Assembly (NCBI GenBank): GCA_965226375.1
Contig: CBDDCX010000008.1
Coordinates: forward strand, 2,144,001 to 2,208,000
From: Longimicrobiales bacterium
GTDB lineage: Bacteria > Gemmatimonadota > Gemmatimonadetes > Longimicrobiales > Gaopeijiaceae
Length of the DNA stretch: 64,000 bases
Direction: 5' to 3'
Shown: piece after piece, positions 30,816 through 41,315 of the stretch
Position numbering within the stretch: the first letter of the stretch is position 1
Layout of the letters: every line of letters begins with the position of its first letter
Notes under the pieces: generated by a model
The model's database searches: none
The model's input: only the letters and a program-made list of their open reading frames with translations
Told to the model about the DNA's origin: nothing
Translations under genes and position numbers: made by a program

Positions 30816-32051
30816 TCAGCGTCCCAGCCGAACAGCCCGTCCACCGACCATCACGAAGCGAACTCGCTGCAGCGCCTCGATTTCCCCGGCGGGGTCACCG
30901 TCCACCGCAATGATGTCGGCCATCATACCGACGGCGATGGTCCCGATGTCCGCCGACATGCCCAGGGACTCTGCCGCCAGCGACGTGGCCGACGTGACGG
31001 CGTCCAGAGCGGACTGTCCTCCCTGGTGCACTCGGTAGATCAGCTCCTCCACGTTGCGGCCGTGTGCGCCGGCGACCGCGTCGGTGCCGAAGACCGTCTT
31101 GAGACCCGGAACGGCCAGCGCCGTCCGGAAGGCCTCGAGAGCGCTGGGAACCGCGTCGCGCATCTGCTGAAACCCTTCTTCAGTGTAGCCCCCGATGCCG
31201 ATGTAACGGTCCTGGTTGTCGAAGTAGTTCTGGAAGATCAGATGGATGTTGGGGTCGTAGAACGTACCTCGCTCGGCCATCAGCTCGAGCGTGGGGCGGT
31301 CCAGGAGCGCTCCGTGCTCGATGGTGGTGCACCCTGCTGATGTGGCACGCCTGGCGCTCTCGGGGCCATGCGCATGGACGACCGCACGAAGCCCCCGCAC
31401 CTCAGCCTCACCACACGCCGCGTCGAGCTGATCCTGGCTCATTGTCGGACCGCCACCGGTCCGGATGCTCTCCGAGCCGAAGATCTTGATGACGTGGGCG
31501 CCTCGGTCGGCAAAGTCCCTACAGCCGCCCGCAGCTCATCCGGTCCACCCGTGCGAGCAGACACCGAACCGAGAGACGTCAGTACGCGAGGACCCGGGAG
31601 GATTCCTCGGCCCAGGGCCCGAACGACCGGGCCGTCCTCAACGCCTCCAAGCGACTGGACCGTCGTAAACCCGGCCTCGAGCATCCGATATGCGTTCTCG
31701 GTGGCGCGCAAAACACGGTCCGGCATCTCGGTGTCCCGCGCCAGTCGCCCATCCGGCCCGAAGTGCCAACCAAGGTGCACGTGCGTATCGATCAGCCCCG
31801 GAAGCACGGTATAGCTCCGGAGGTCGTGTACTCGATCGCCGCTTGCCTGACCAGGGGCGACGATCTCGGCGATTCTTCCATTGCGGACCACGATGTCCCG
31901 GTCTTCCAATACTCCACCGCGCCCGTCGAGCATGCGTGAGGTTCGGAGGACCGTGACGACCTCCTGCGCGAAGGCCGGGCTTGGGATACAGCCCGAGAAG
32001 GCCGACGATGACACCCGGCAGGAAGACATGTTTCCAGTCATGCTGAAGCAT
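30816..32051 (-). CDS. Secreted amidohydrolase (Xaa-Pro dipeptidase-like), frameshifts near 31980 and 31520
   Basis: PGLIDTHVH, VHAHG, IEHG, FGTDA and ADIIAVDGDP motifs split over three frames. Confidence 0.8.
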
Positions 32052-32291
32052 GAGCGAAAGATGCGGCTCGACTACGCCGAGCCACAAGCGCAGTGCGCCG
32101 TTCCTCCTGAAGCCCCAGGCCTTCCCCTCGACGTCGAGGTGGGTCCGACGGCGGCTTGAGGAAATCCGTTTTCGCGGCAATCCCCCCTGCCTCCGCTCTT
32201 TCCGAAGGCGGCTGGTAACAGCTAGCTTCATGGTGAACCTGCTGTATCGGACCCGCTCCTGAGGGCTGTTTTCCCACAGGCCGACGCAAGC

Positions 32292-33812
32292 ATGATCGAC
32301 GAAAAAACTTCAGTTCACCGTCCTGTCGATGGCGAGTCCCGGCCAACCGGAACGCGACGCGTCGGCCTCTTCATGCTCGCGTTCGGGTCGGGCTTTGCGA
32401 TCCTCACGATCGAGATTGCAGGGGCGCGCGTGATCGCCCCCGCTTTTGGGTTGTCGGCTGTTCCCTGGACCGCCGTTATCGGTGTGATTCTCGCCGCGAT
32501 TGCCATGGGGAGTCACATAGGCGGGCGGCTCGCTGACACCGGCACGGTCCCACTCTCGACCGTGCTCACGGCGGCCGCCTTCGCTGCGGGACTTCCGATC
32601 CTCGGCGCCGAACTACCGAGCGTGGCCTTCTCGCTTCTGGGTTTCATCGCAGGCTCGGTGGCGAGCGCCGTGGTACTGTTCGCACCGGCCGTATTGTGTC
32701 TCGGTGCGGTCGTCCCCTACTTGATCCAGGCCGACACCGACAGCCTCGGCAGTGTGGGCCGCAGAGCGGGAGACGTGGGTGCTGCAGCCACTACGGGCTC
32801 GATCGCCGGAGCGTTCGTGACTGGCTTCGTCCTGCTGCCCGTGTTCCCCCTGCCGATGCTACTCGGGATCACAGCCGCCGGACTGCTGGTAATGGCGGCC
32901 GCCTCGGGCCGGATTCTCGGGAACCGAACCCGCGCCGGTCCGGCAGCTCTTGGAGCGGTAGCCCTCGTTTCGCTCGGTCTCGCCGCGTCACGGCTCCCGG
33001 ACGAAATGCTTTACCGCAAGCAAACACTCTACGCATCGGTCGAGGTGATCGAGTCCGTACGGGGTGGGCGTTCCGTTCGCCAACTGAGGCAGAACGGTGG
33101 CTCCTCGTCAGCGGAATACACGGACACGTGGGATCCCGCCCACGACTATGTAGACGCGAGCGGTCTCATCTTCGAACCGATCATCGATAGAGTCGAATCG
33201 ATGCTGGTCCTGGGAGGAGCCGCCCTATCCCTTCCGGCGGCCTTCAGTCGATGGCGGCCGAAAATGCAGATCGACGTTGTAGAGATCGACCCCGTAGTCA
33301 CCGAGTTGGCGTCCAAGTATTTCGCCTACGGCAGGAGCGAGTACCCGAACATCTCGGTATGGCACGAGGACGCTCGTCTGTTCTTACGATCCACCGACAC
33401 CCAATACGACCTCGTGTACCTCGACGTGTTCGATCACCTGCTCTCGATTCCGTGGACGGTCGTGACCGTCGAGGCGCTTACCGAGATGGCGAACACGCTC
33501 GAGCCGGAGGGTATCCTGGCGGCCAATCTGCTCGGACCGTTGGACGGCCCGGGAGTCGCCTTTCTGGAGCGGTGCCAGTCCACCGTCGCTAAGGTCTTTC
33601 CCTCCTATGTGGTATATCGAGTACAGCCAGACCGGAATCTCGCGATGGTCCAGAATCTCTTGGTAGTGGCCAGCCGCGACCCCGAGGCCCTGCCTCTCAC
33701 GGATTGGCCCATCGCACAGACGCGTGCGTCAGGACGCCCGCTCACCGACGGCTGGGCGCCGGTCGAGTACCTTCAAGCGAAGGTGTTCCTGCCACAACGG
33801 GGATGGTGGTAG
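32292..33812 (+). CDS. Fused MFS-like membrane domain / spermidine synthase-type methyltransferase
   Basis: TM N-half; LVLGG, VVEIDP, EDARLFL and YDLVYLDVF motifs. Confidence 0.85.
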   Translation: MIDEKTSVHRPVDGESRPTGTRRVGLFMLAFGSGFAILTIEIAGARVIAPAFGLSAVPWTAVIGVILAAIAMGSHIGGRLADTGTVPLSTVLTAAAFAAGLPILGAELPSVAFSLLGFIAGSVASAVVLFAPAVLCLGAVVPYLIQADTDSLGSVGRRAGDVGAAATTGSIAGAFVTGFVLLPVFPLPMLLGITAAGLLVMAAASGRILGNRTRAGPAALGAVALVSLGLAASRLPDEMLYRKQTLYASVEVIESVRGGRSVRQLRQNGGSSSAEYTDTWDPAHDYVDASGLIFEPIIDRVESMLVLGGAALSLPAAFSRWRPKMQIDVVEIDPVVTELASKYFAYGRSEYPNISVWHEDARLFLRSTDTQYDLVYLDVFDHLLSIPWTVVTVEALTEMANTLEPEGILAANLLGPLDGPGVAFLERCQSTVAKVFPSYVVYRVQPDRNLAMVQNLLVVASRDPEALPLTDWPIAQTRASGRPLTDGWAPVEYLQAKVFLPQRGWW

Positions 33813-33903
33813 GGTCGAAAAAACGGTTGGCGGGCCATCGGAGCCACTTCGTGCCCGCCCGCCACGCCTCCGCGACCCAACCCGCGTCGGCTCTGAGGAG
33901 TGA

Positions 33904-34917
33904 CTAGCCGTCGCTGCCCCGCGCCCTGAGGTTGGTCAGACGTCGCCTCCCCATGACATGATCAGGATTGCGCTCTAGCCACGCCTCGAACATCCGGATG
34001 GCTTCCTCCCTGTCGCCCCCCAACCGCAAAGCGTCCGCCAGACTTTCGTTCGGGATGTACTCGTCAGGGAACGCCTCCAGATTCTTCCGGAAGAGGGTGA
34101 TGGCCTCGTCTTGCCGATCGCTCCGGTGCAGACCCCAGCCCACTCCGTCGAGCACCCCGGGCGACATCACCGCGGCACTTTCACGGACCTTCATCGCATC
34201 GAACTCCGTCACCACGGCTTCAACGCCACGCTCTTCCAACGCCCGCCATAGACTCAAGGCCACCCATGCTCTGCGAGCGCCCGCGTCCTCGGGGTGGACT
34301 TCGTCGTTGAGGGCCGCGAGGGCCAACGCGTCGTCAAAGGAACCGAGATTCGCGATCCGGTTTGCCACGCTGGATAAGACGTCCACGCGGAAGTCGTATG
34401 CGTCGGCACCGAAATAGCGCTCGCGAAGCGCCCGATACCTCACGAGTACTTCATCGATCCCTCCCTCCTCGTAGGCCGCTACCAAAATGGTCGGAAGGGG
34501 ACGCGGGTCGGTGCGCCCGGCGTGGCAGGTGTAACACGTCACGCGCAATGACGGGACGAACCGGTCGTCGAGCCGGCTCAGATGCTCCTCATTGATGGCC
34601 TCTACCATGGCCATCATCACTCGCGCCTTCTCTTTGGTGGGTTTGGCATCCGACGCGTAGTCCCACTCGTCCCGCTGACGCTCCATGTCTCCGACGTAGC
34701 AGAACAGGCAGCCCTCTCCCTGCCGCCTACGAAGGCCTAGGCCTTGAATGTTTCCGAGCATCACCCGATCCAATGCCTGCTCCGAGATGTCGTGTCCCAG
34801 AACCTGGAGGTTCTCGAATTCGGGCTCCTGATCTTGTGCGGCAATAGGCGGGGACCAGAGTATCAGGCCGAACATCAGCGCAATACCCGGGAGCGTTGTT
34901 CGTATCAGTCCGTACAT
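33904..34917 (-). CDS. c-type cytochrome (reaction-centre cytochrome-like domain) + TPR
   Basis: Signal peptide; ENLQVL; CLFCY and CYTCH; ASDAKPTK..AR.M..MV..IN; C-terminal TPRs. Confidence 0.78.
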   Translation of the reverse strand: MYGLIRTTLPGIALMFGLILWSPPIAAQDQEPEFENLQVLGHDISEQALDRVMLGNIQGLGLRRRQGEGCLFCYVGDMERQRDEWDYASDAKPTKEKARVMMAMVEAINEEHLSRLDDRFVPSLRVTCYTCHAGRTDPRPLPTILVAAYEEGGIDEVLVRYRALRERYFGADAYDFRVDVLSSVANRIANLGSFDDALALAALNDEVHPEDAGARRAWVALSLWRALEERGVEAVVTEFDAMKVRESAAVMSPGVLDGVGWGLHRSDRQDEAITLFRKNLEAFPDEYIPNESLADALRLGGDREEAIRMFEAWLERNPDHVMGRRRLTNLRARGSDG

Positions 34918-35150
34918 CGGCAGGTGTCCTCCGTCAGGCGCGATCCGATTATATCTAAAAAGTAGACTTATTCTTCAAGGGTACAACCCCCGAAGTGTGA
35001 AGAGCGGAGGCGCCTGCGTCACTCCGACCCAAAGAACGCTGGGCTACCGACGGGCCGAGTAAGACGAGGTTGCGACCCCTCGACACGGACGATGGGGCGG
35101 AGCAGAGCTTTCGACCCCACACACGGTGACGGGATCGAAGCAGATCTCCT

Positions 35151-36012
35151 TCAGCACGCCACCCGCCGGAGCCGCTGGCCCGGCACCGAAATGCGTCGAA
35201 CGTAGCGGGCGATTTCCCGCATCCCATCGACGCCCAATTGAGCGCCAAGAGTCTGGTTGTAGTTCGTCGTGCCGTTGATGTCGTACGTATAGCGGTGCCC
35301 GTCGGCGTCTTCCACGAACTCGATCCCTGCGATCTCGATTCCCTCCTCGTTGCAGAGTTCGATGTACTGCTTCACCAGCGGATCGTCGGCAGTGATCGGC
35401 GAAGGGCTGAACAGTCCTGACCCATCCACCCGAGGGCTTTCTTGCTCCAGTGGCATCGGGTTGCAGGCGTCCGAGGGGCAGAGCTCGAAGCCCTCGGATG
35501 TAGAGCTACGCATGGCGAACACGAACCGGCCGCCCACGATTTCAACCCTGGTGATGAAGGGCTCGGGAGCGGCGATATACTGCTGTAGGATCACCCGCGC
35601 ACCAGGCCCCGCGTCGAAGCCCGCCCCATCGAGGTGCCTTCCGAGCTCAATCGAGTCCTGGAAGAGTTGGATGCCGAGGCCCTTTCCCCCTGGTCGTGCT
35701 TGGTAATGAAGGGACCGCCGAACGTGCTAGCCGCCTCGAGCAGGTGATCCTTGCCCACAGCGAGCACTGTGCGGGGCGTTCGGATCCCGTGCCGGCGCAG
35801 AGCGAGGTCCTGGCGCAGCTTGCTCATCTCGAGCTCGAAGGCACAGAGCCCGTTGACGACCCGCCGGCCGTGGGACTCCAGCCAGTACAGAAGCTGACGG
35901 GCCAGCTCCACCGAGTGGACGTGGCCACGCGTGTGTGACGACGGGCTGATACGATTCAGCCAGATGCCCTCTGCTGGGGCCGTCGACGGGTCGATACTCC
36001 CTTCGTTGACGT
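35151..36012 (-). pseudogene. ATP-grasp ligase (RimK/glutathione synthase-like), 5'-truncated, frameshift near 35690
   Basis: NRISPSSHTRGH, ITKH..GG-KGLG, LCPSDAC, AGIEF and YDINGTTNYN motifs. Confidence 0.78.
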
Positions 36013-36344
36013 CTCAATCTTGAGCGATCTCCGTCCGTGTCGGTGTCCAGATCCAGGATGCACGCAGAGGGAGCCGTAGCGGCCACCACCATTAACGCAC
36101 AGCGGCTGATCCACCGATTGACCCCCATCGGAGCAGAAGCCCCGGACATCACGCTCTCTCTCATCGTCGTCCCCTTTCACGGCCATTCTCGACCCGGGCC
36201 TTCACGCTCCACCCTATCAACGAATAAGGGAGGCGGATTCTACCAACGTGTCAGTCAGTCGAGAGCGTCCGGATCGAGCGACCACGACGAGGAGCGACGC
36301 CCGGATTCTGTGACAGAGGCATTGTGGAGTTTGACGTCGAGCGT

Positions 36345-37388
36345 CTAGCGCCGGACCAGCGTGGCGTCCCGAATCAACTCACGTACCCTGGCCGTCGCCC
36401 CGGCGCCATCGATCGCCTGCCACAACCGCTCGACAAGTGCCTCGTCAACGAGTCCCGCCGTGCGCGTCGACAGGCCCTCGGCTTCTCTGAACGCGTCGAC
36501 GGCCTCGATCAGGTCGGCCGTATAACCCTGCGATGCGCCGTCACGGGGAATCTCAGTGGCCTCAGAGCGGTAGTATCCGACCGCGTGAAGCATCACTCGC
36601 AGTTGCCAGATGTCGTTGCCCGCGAACCGCCGGAGCTCTCGATAGCCCAGCGTCTGGGAGATGGAGTTCCATACCCTACGAAGCTCGGCAACCGGCGTCG
36701 GGTGTTCGCACACGTTGATGTCGGTGGTCACCTGATCGGGACGTCGCGAGTTGCCAGGACGGGGATCGGCCACCACCACGGCCGCGGACTGCAGGCGTCC
36801 AGATCGGCTGTCACCCCCCAGAGCCTGCCCGGCCGCCAAGGCCTCGATCAAGCGATCTGAAAGGTGCCGTCCAGAGCCCTCCGTAGACTCGAAGCTCAGC
36901 GCGACTGCCTCGACCACCTCGGGACCTACGAGAATGTTGCCTTGCGTCACATAGTTGGGTCCGTCACGGTGGCCCGCCCAATAACTGGGACCGGTCCCAG
37001 TGTGTTGCGCCCGTGACCCGTCCAGGGAGATCACGCCTACCTGTCGACGAGCTGATCCTGTGTCGGCCGCCACCGCCTGCGTCAACGCCGCGTCGGCACT
37101 CATTCCACCGGCGATGAGATCCAGAAGCTCGTTGCCGTAGGCCACTCGGGTACTGGCCTGAGTCGCCACCGCACCCACTCCTGCCCTGACCCAGGGGACG
37201 CCATTCCCGACGCAGGGCACCCGCGTCGTAACCGCCACACCCGACTCGCCCGTCTCCGGATCGATAGCAGCGATCGAGAACGTGGAAAAGTACAGGTCGG
37301 GGCCCCACTCCACGGGCTCCTGCGCGGAAGCGATACTGGACAGAGCGAGTACCGCGACCAAGACGGAGAAGAGCGAACGCTCGAACAC
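36345..37388 (-). CDS. DUF1028 (Ntn-hydrolase-like) protein with peptidoglycan-binding-like tail
   Basis: STFSIAA, GAVATQA, QGNIL and GGDSR...QSAA motifs. Confidence 0.88.
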   Translation of the reverse strand: MFERSLFSVLVAVLALSSIASAQEPVEWGPDLYFSTFSIAAIDPETGESGVAVTTRVPCVGNGVPWVRAGVGAVATQASTRVAYGNELLDLIAGGMSADAALTQAVAADTGSARRQVGVISLDGSRAQHTGTGPSYWAGHRDGPNYVTQGNILVGPEVVEAVALSFESTEGSGRHLSDRLIEALAAGQALGGDSRSGRLQSAAVVVADPRPGNSRRPDQVTTDINVCEHPTPVAELRRVWNSISQTLGYRELRRFAGNDIWQLRVMLHAVGYYRSEATEIPRDGASQGYTADLIEAVDAFREAEGLSTRTAGLVDEALVERLWQAIDGAGATARVRELIRDATLVRR

Positions 37389-37434
37389 GGCATCCCTAAA
37401 TGGTGAAGAAGGCTCCACTGAACCACCAATGCCG

Positions 37435-38016
37435 CTACATGAGCAGGTGTGCCAAAGCCCCCTTCGCCTGCTCCGTGGCCACGTCGGCATGACCCATCCC
37501 ACCATGGTCGACCGCACCCTGCAACCCGTCGACCGCCATCTTGAGGTGAGGGTCCTCCATCACGTTCAGGGCCGCCTGGGCGTGCGTCAGCGCCAGCGTC
37601 GCATGCTGAACGAGCACCTCCGCGTGTCCCATCTCACCATGACGTACGGCCTCCTGCCCGTGCTGCATTGCCTGAGCCACGTGACCGGCGACTTCAAGGT
37701 GGGTGAGCGCTTCGTTGGTCTTGCCCGTCGCCACTTCCGCATGACCCATGTTGCCGTGCTCCACGGCCTCCTTCAGGCTCGCGACAGCCTTCGTACCGTG
37801 TGGATTCGCCATTCCCTCCAGGGCCGCCTCAGCATGTGTCAACGCCTGTGTCGCATGCTGGACTAGCACCTCGGCGTGGCCCATTCCACCATGATTGGCG
37901 GCCTGTTCGGCATGTTGAGTGGCTTGAGCGAGGTGGTCGCTCTGGGCCCAGGCGGACGGGCTGGAAAGACCCACGGCCACTACTGCGATCAGACCTGCCT
38001 TGATAGTGTGCGTCAT
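37435..38016 (-). CDS. smbP: Secreted His/Met-rich small metal-binding protein, two tandem SmbP-like domains
   Basis: Signal peptide AWA; four HGxMGHA[E/D]V repeats in heptad helices. Confidence 0.72.
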   Translation of the reverse strand: MTHTIKAGLIAVVAVGLSSPSAWAQSDHLAQATQHAEQAANHGGMGHAEVLVQHATQALTHAEAALEGMANPHGTKAVASLKEAVEHGNMGHAEVATGKTNEALTHLEVAGHVAQAMQHGQEAVRHGEMGHAEVLVQHATLALTHAQAALNVMEDPHLKMAVDGLQGAVDHGGMGHADVATEQAKGALAHLLM

Positions 38017-38197
38017 GACTCGCTCCTTGCTCGAGTACACGTGGAAGGGCGTGTAAGCTACGGGTCAGCGCCTCCACTCGCCAGGGAATACCCCTAGATG
38101 CATGTGGGCCCCGCCTCGAACGGTTCAGACGGGACCCGCACACACGAAAACGAAATCCTTGTAGGATCGCGAGTACTGCACTACAATGCTTCTAGCG

Positions 38198-38288
38198 ACG
38201 AAAGCCGCACCCTTCGCCCCGACCCCGGACCTACCTTAGGGGGGTAAGATTCTTGGAATCGGGCCAACGCGAAGGATGCGGCTTTCGT
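38198..38288 (-). terminator. Long stem-loop 3' of susD (terminator or structured RNA)
   Basis: 20-bp arms ACGAAAGCCGCA.CCTTCGC plus inner helices with G-U pairs on the minus strand. Confidence 0.55.
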
Positions 38289-38302
38289 GTCTCTATTCTC
38301 CC

Positions 38303-39886
38303 CTAGTTAGCCGGACCGGAGTCCTGGTCCGAGACGTCCCACCACACGCGACTATCCCAAGCATTGTCACCACCATTGGAGGAGATCGCAGCTAGAACGT
38401 TGGTCTCGTTGAAGGTCTGCTCACTCCGCGGGTACGGCCAGCGTACCGGCACCAACGCGTTGAACGCGTCGATACCAGGAATGAGATGCGGAACGTTGGT
38501 ACGGCGGTACTTGTTCATCGCCTCGAGGCCTTGATCCCAAAGCTGGAACCAGTACGCCCGGTAGATCAGCGACCGGTTGGACTCGCCACCGATCCCGCCA
38601 CCACCCCACGCCACCATCGGGTGGGCCAGGTAAGCGTCGATCTCAGCCTGGGAGATACCCGCCACAGGAGGCGTCACGAACGCACCGGCGTCCGCCGGCA
38701 GATCCGCCGCATAGACCGCCATCGAGGCCGCGATACCTGCCTCGTAGAAGTCCTGTGCGCTTCCACTGATCCAACCGCGATCAGCCGCCTCGGCCTGCAG
38801 AAGCAAGGTCTCGGCGTACTCCATGAAGAACGCAGGAGCGTCGCGCCTCAGGTGCCAAGCTCCGACCACCGACACGAAGTCGAAGTCACGCTCTCCGTTG
38901 TCGTCGAAGCCGCGGTCGTCGCTAAAGCCGTTGGGCATGCCACGATGCACTCCGCCGTCGGCGGACAGGTCTGCGTGGAACCGTACACGCGGATCTTGCC
39001 GGGCGAGCATCTCATCGATGAAGAACTTACCCGGGCGATAGTCACCCGGACGCTCGACGAACCCTTGCCACATGGGGTTGTGGTCCGGCTGCGCCGCTGA
39101 GTACCACAGCGCCGCCGTGTGCGAGGCGTTTTCCATGACCCCGCCCGCTACTGCCGCCGCTGCCTCTGTCGCCGCCTTACTCGGGTTCACGTCGGAAATT
39201 CGCATGGCCAACCGCAGCCGAAGCGAGTTGCCGAACCGACGCCACTTCTCCATGTCACCGGAGTAGATCTTATCGCCACCGCCGAAGCCGGGCGCGCCAG
39301 TGTTGATCAAGGCGACGGCCGCGGTGAGCTGCACGAACAGATCGTCATAAATGGCGCTCTGCGCATCATACACAGGCCTGATGACGGAATTCTCGGCACC
39401 ACCCTGGGCAGCCTGGAAGTAAGGCACATCACCGTACATGTCGGTGAGGTTATGAGCAGCGTAGGCCCTCAGGATCATGGCCACCGCCGTCTGGTTGGCA
39501 TCACCCAGTGCTACCGCTCCATCCAGCATGTGACTCGCAAGAACGAAATGTCCCTCGGATGGATCCAGGCTGCTATCCAGGTTGTAGAACTCGTCCCAAC
39601 AATCGGTGCAGTAGTCCGTGCCCAGATCGTACCGATCCGTACCCGCGTACTGGATGCGGGCAAAGTGCTGCACGAACAGAGAGGCCGAAGGCAGGTCGAT
39701 GTTGCTCTCACCTACCAGGCCGTTGGCCAGTCCCCGGATCAACGACGGGAGTAGGAACTCCGGCGCCAATGAGGTCGGGGCGTTAGGGTTTTGGTTGATG
39801 TCCGTAAGATTGCTGAACTCGTCGCACCCCGCCGTGCCGATGGCAACGGCCAGGAGGACGGTAAGCGGCTTTATGAAGTTTCGCAT
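38303..39886 (-). CDS. SusD/RagB family lipoprotein
   Basis: Lipobox TAGC; INQNPN; LTDMYGDVPY; WRRFGNSLRLR; VWWD end. Confidence 0.9.
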   Translation of the reverse strand: MRNFIKPLTVLLAVAIGTAGCDEFSNLTDINQNPNAPTSLAPEFLLPSLIRGLANGLVGESNIDLPSASLFVQHFARIQYAGTDRYDLGTDYCTDCWDEFYNLDSSLDPSEGHFVLASHMLDGAVALGDANQTAVAMILRAYAAHNLTDMYGDVPYFQAAQGGAENSVIRPVYDAQSAIYDDLFVQLTAAVALINTGAPGFGGGDKIYSGDMEKWRRFGNSLRLRLAMRISDVNPSKAATEAAAAVAGGVMENASHTAALWYSAAQPDHNPMWQGFVERPGDYRPGKFFIDEMLARQDPRVRFHADLSADGGVHRGMPNGFSDDRGFDDNGERDFDFVSVVGAWHLRRDAPAFFMEYAETLLLQAEAADRGWISGSAQDFYEAGIAASMAVYAADLPADAGAFVTPPVAGISQAEIDAYLAHPMVAWGGGGIGGESNRSLIYRAYWFQLWDQGLEAMNKYRRTNVPHLIPGIDAFNALVPVRWPYPRSEQTFNETNVLAAISSNGGDNAWDSRVWWDVSDQDSGPAN

Positions 39887-39902
39887 CTTGTTCTCCTTTC
39901 CG

Positions 39903-40330
39903 TTATCTGGTCACGGTGAAGTTGATGCCGAACGTGCGATCCGACGGAGCCGACAGGTACTCGACGCCGCGTGCGTGGTTGTCGGCGAACGCAACACCAT
40001 CGGACTCGGGATCCACGTTCTGACATGCCCGCGAGCCACAGAAGATGGCCAGGTTGCGGCCCACCAACGTGATGCGGCCCGTGGAGAACGGCACCTTCTC
40101 AAGCACGTTCGGAGTGAGGTCGAAGCTCAGCTTCATCTCACGCAGCTTACCAAACGTCGCACGCTCTACCCAAGGCGTCTCCTGGTCGTCGTAGTGACCC
40201 CAGAAGTTCTTGGCGTCGGCGTAGATGGTGTTCGGTGCACCGGTTTCCGTCACACCAAGCATGTTCACACCAATCACGTCCGTGCGGCGGTTCGAGAAGT
40301 TGAGCTCATCGTCCACGCTCACGCCGTCGA
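39903..40330 (-). pseudogene. C-terminal fragment of a SusC-like TonB-dependent receptor
   Basis: KLREMKLSF, GRNL, DPE and RTFGINF motifs directly upstream of susD; rest of gene absent. Confidence 0.8.
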
Positions 40331-40439
40331 TCCGCCCACCGTAGTAGAGAGGGAGGGCAACCCCATCCGAGCCAGGGGCCGAAGTCGGCGATCGAAGGCA
40401 AGGCTCGACGGTCCGAGCGGCGCAAACGGACCGGCACGC

Positions 40440-40470
40440 AAAACGGCCGGGGCAACCGTCCCGGCCGTTT
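40440..40470 (-). terminator. Rho-independent terminator
   Basis: AAACGGCCGGG...CCCGGCCGTTTT hairpin downstream of the 40501-41028 gene. Confidence 0.65.
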
Positions 40471-40500
40471 GCCGCTAATGAGCTACAAGGTTTTGCCCCG

Positions 40501-41028
40501 CTAGCGCACCTTGACCTGTCCGTGGGCTAGGTTAAAGAGCGGGAAGAACTCAGCGCGAGCCACATCGCAAGTAACCGTTGGGAGGGTGATCGAGAAACTG
40601 ATCTGATCCGCTAGATCGTTTCCAGACGTGCCGTTATCCACGACCGCGGTAAGTGCCCGCCGACCGGTTAGATCTACTCCCCCCTCTGACGTCCCGCGAA
40701 TGACCAAACCGCCGATGGTGGCTGTGTTACCAATCACGTTGAGGCAGTCAATGGCCACGTGAATCCCCGCACCACCGCCTGTGAAGGTGTCTTGCCACTG
40801 CCCCGTCACACTACCATCAGCTTTCATGTTCGCCGTAAGTGAAAAATTCGCATCGCAACCGGTAGGCCGACCAGTCGCCTCACAGATATCCGCGCCACCC
40901 ACCGATACGTGGTGAGTCACTCCACCACGTGCGAGTTGGGGAGCAAGATCGGGCGTTGTCGCGCTCGGCGCTTCACATGCCAAGGTGAAAATTCCAAGTG
41001 CTGCAACTACGTAGAGGTTCTGCTTCAT
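40501..41028 (-). CDS. Hypothetical lipoprotein
   Basis: AGGAG RBS; MKQN...TLAC lipobox; beta-rich with paired Cys. Confidence 0.7.
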   Translation of the reverse strand: MKQNLYVVAALGIFTLACEAPSATTPDLAPQLARGGVTHHVSVGGADICEATGRPTGCDANFSLTANMKADGSVTGQWQDTFTGGGAGIHVAIDCLNVIGNTATIGGLVIRGTSEGGVDLTGRRALTAVVDNGTSGNDLADQISFSITLPTVTCDVARAEFFPLFNLAHGQVKVR

Positions 41029-41315
41029 GCAGTAACTCCTGGGGGTTTTGCGGTGGTGGGATTCCCGAGAATGGGAATAAGAGTCGCGCAGAATATCAGT
41101 CCTGATCGAAGTCCGCAAACGGCCCTAAAGCGCAGTTTCGGGGCGCCCAACCCCCACGCGATCGGCGAACTCCGAATCGCCCCGTCGACGCTCTGGCGAG
41201 TCGCTCCAGCAGTTGCGCATCACCCGGCCCCAGAATAAGACAGAAGCCGTAGCGAGTAGAGCCAAACCACACCGCCGGATAGCCCCTGGATGAGGTCACA
41301 CTTTCGGGAGAGACC

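Noticed and set aside
33904..34917. Photosynthesis gene pufC
   Set aside because: At most two heme motifs, a TPR tail and no puf/bch genes nearby.
41030..41315. TPP riboswitch upstream of the ThDP enzyme
   Set aside because: No CTGAGA or ACCTGAT core visible.
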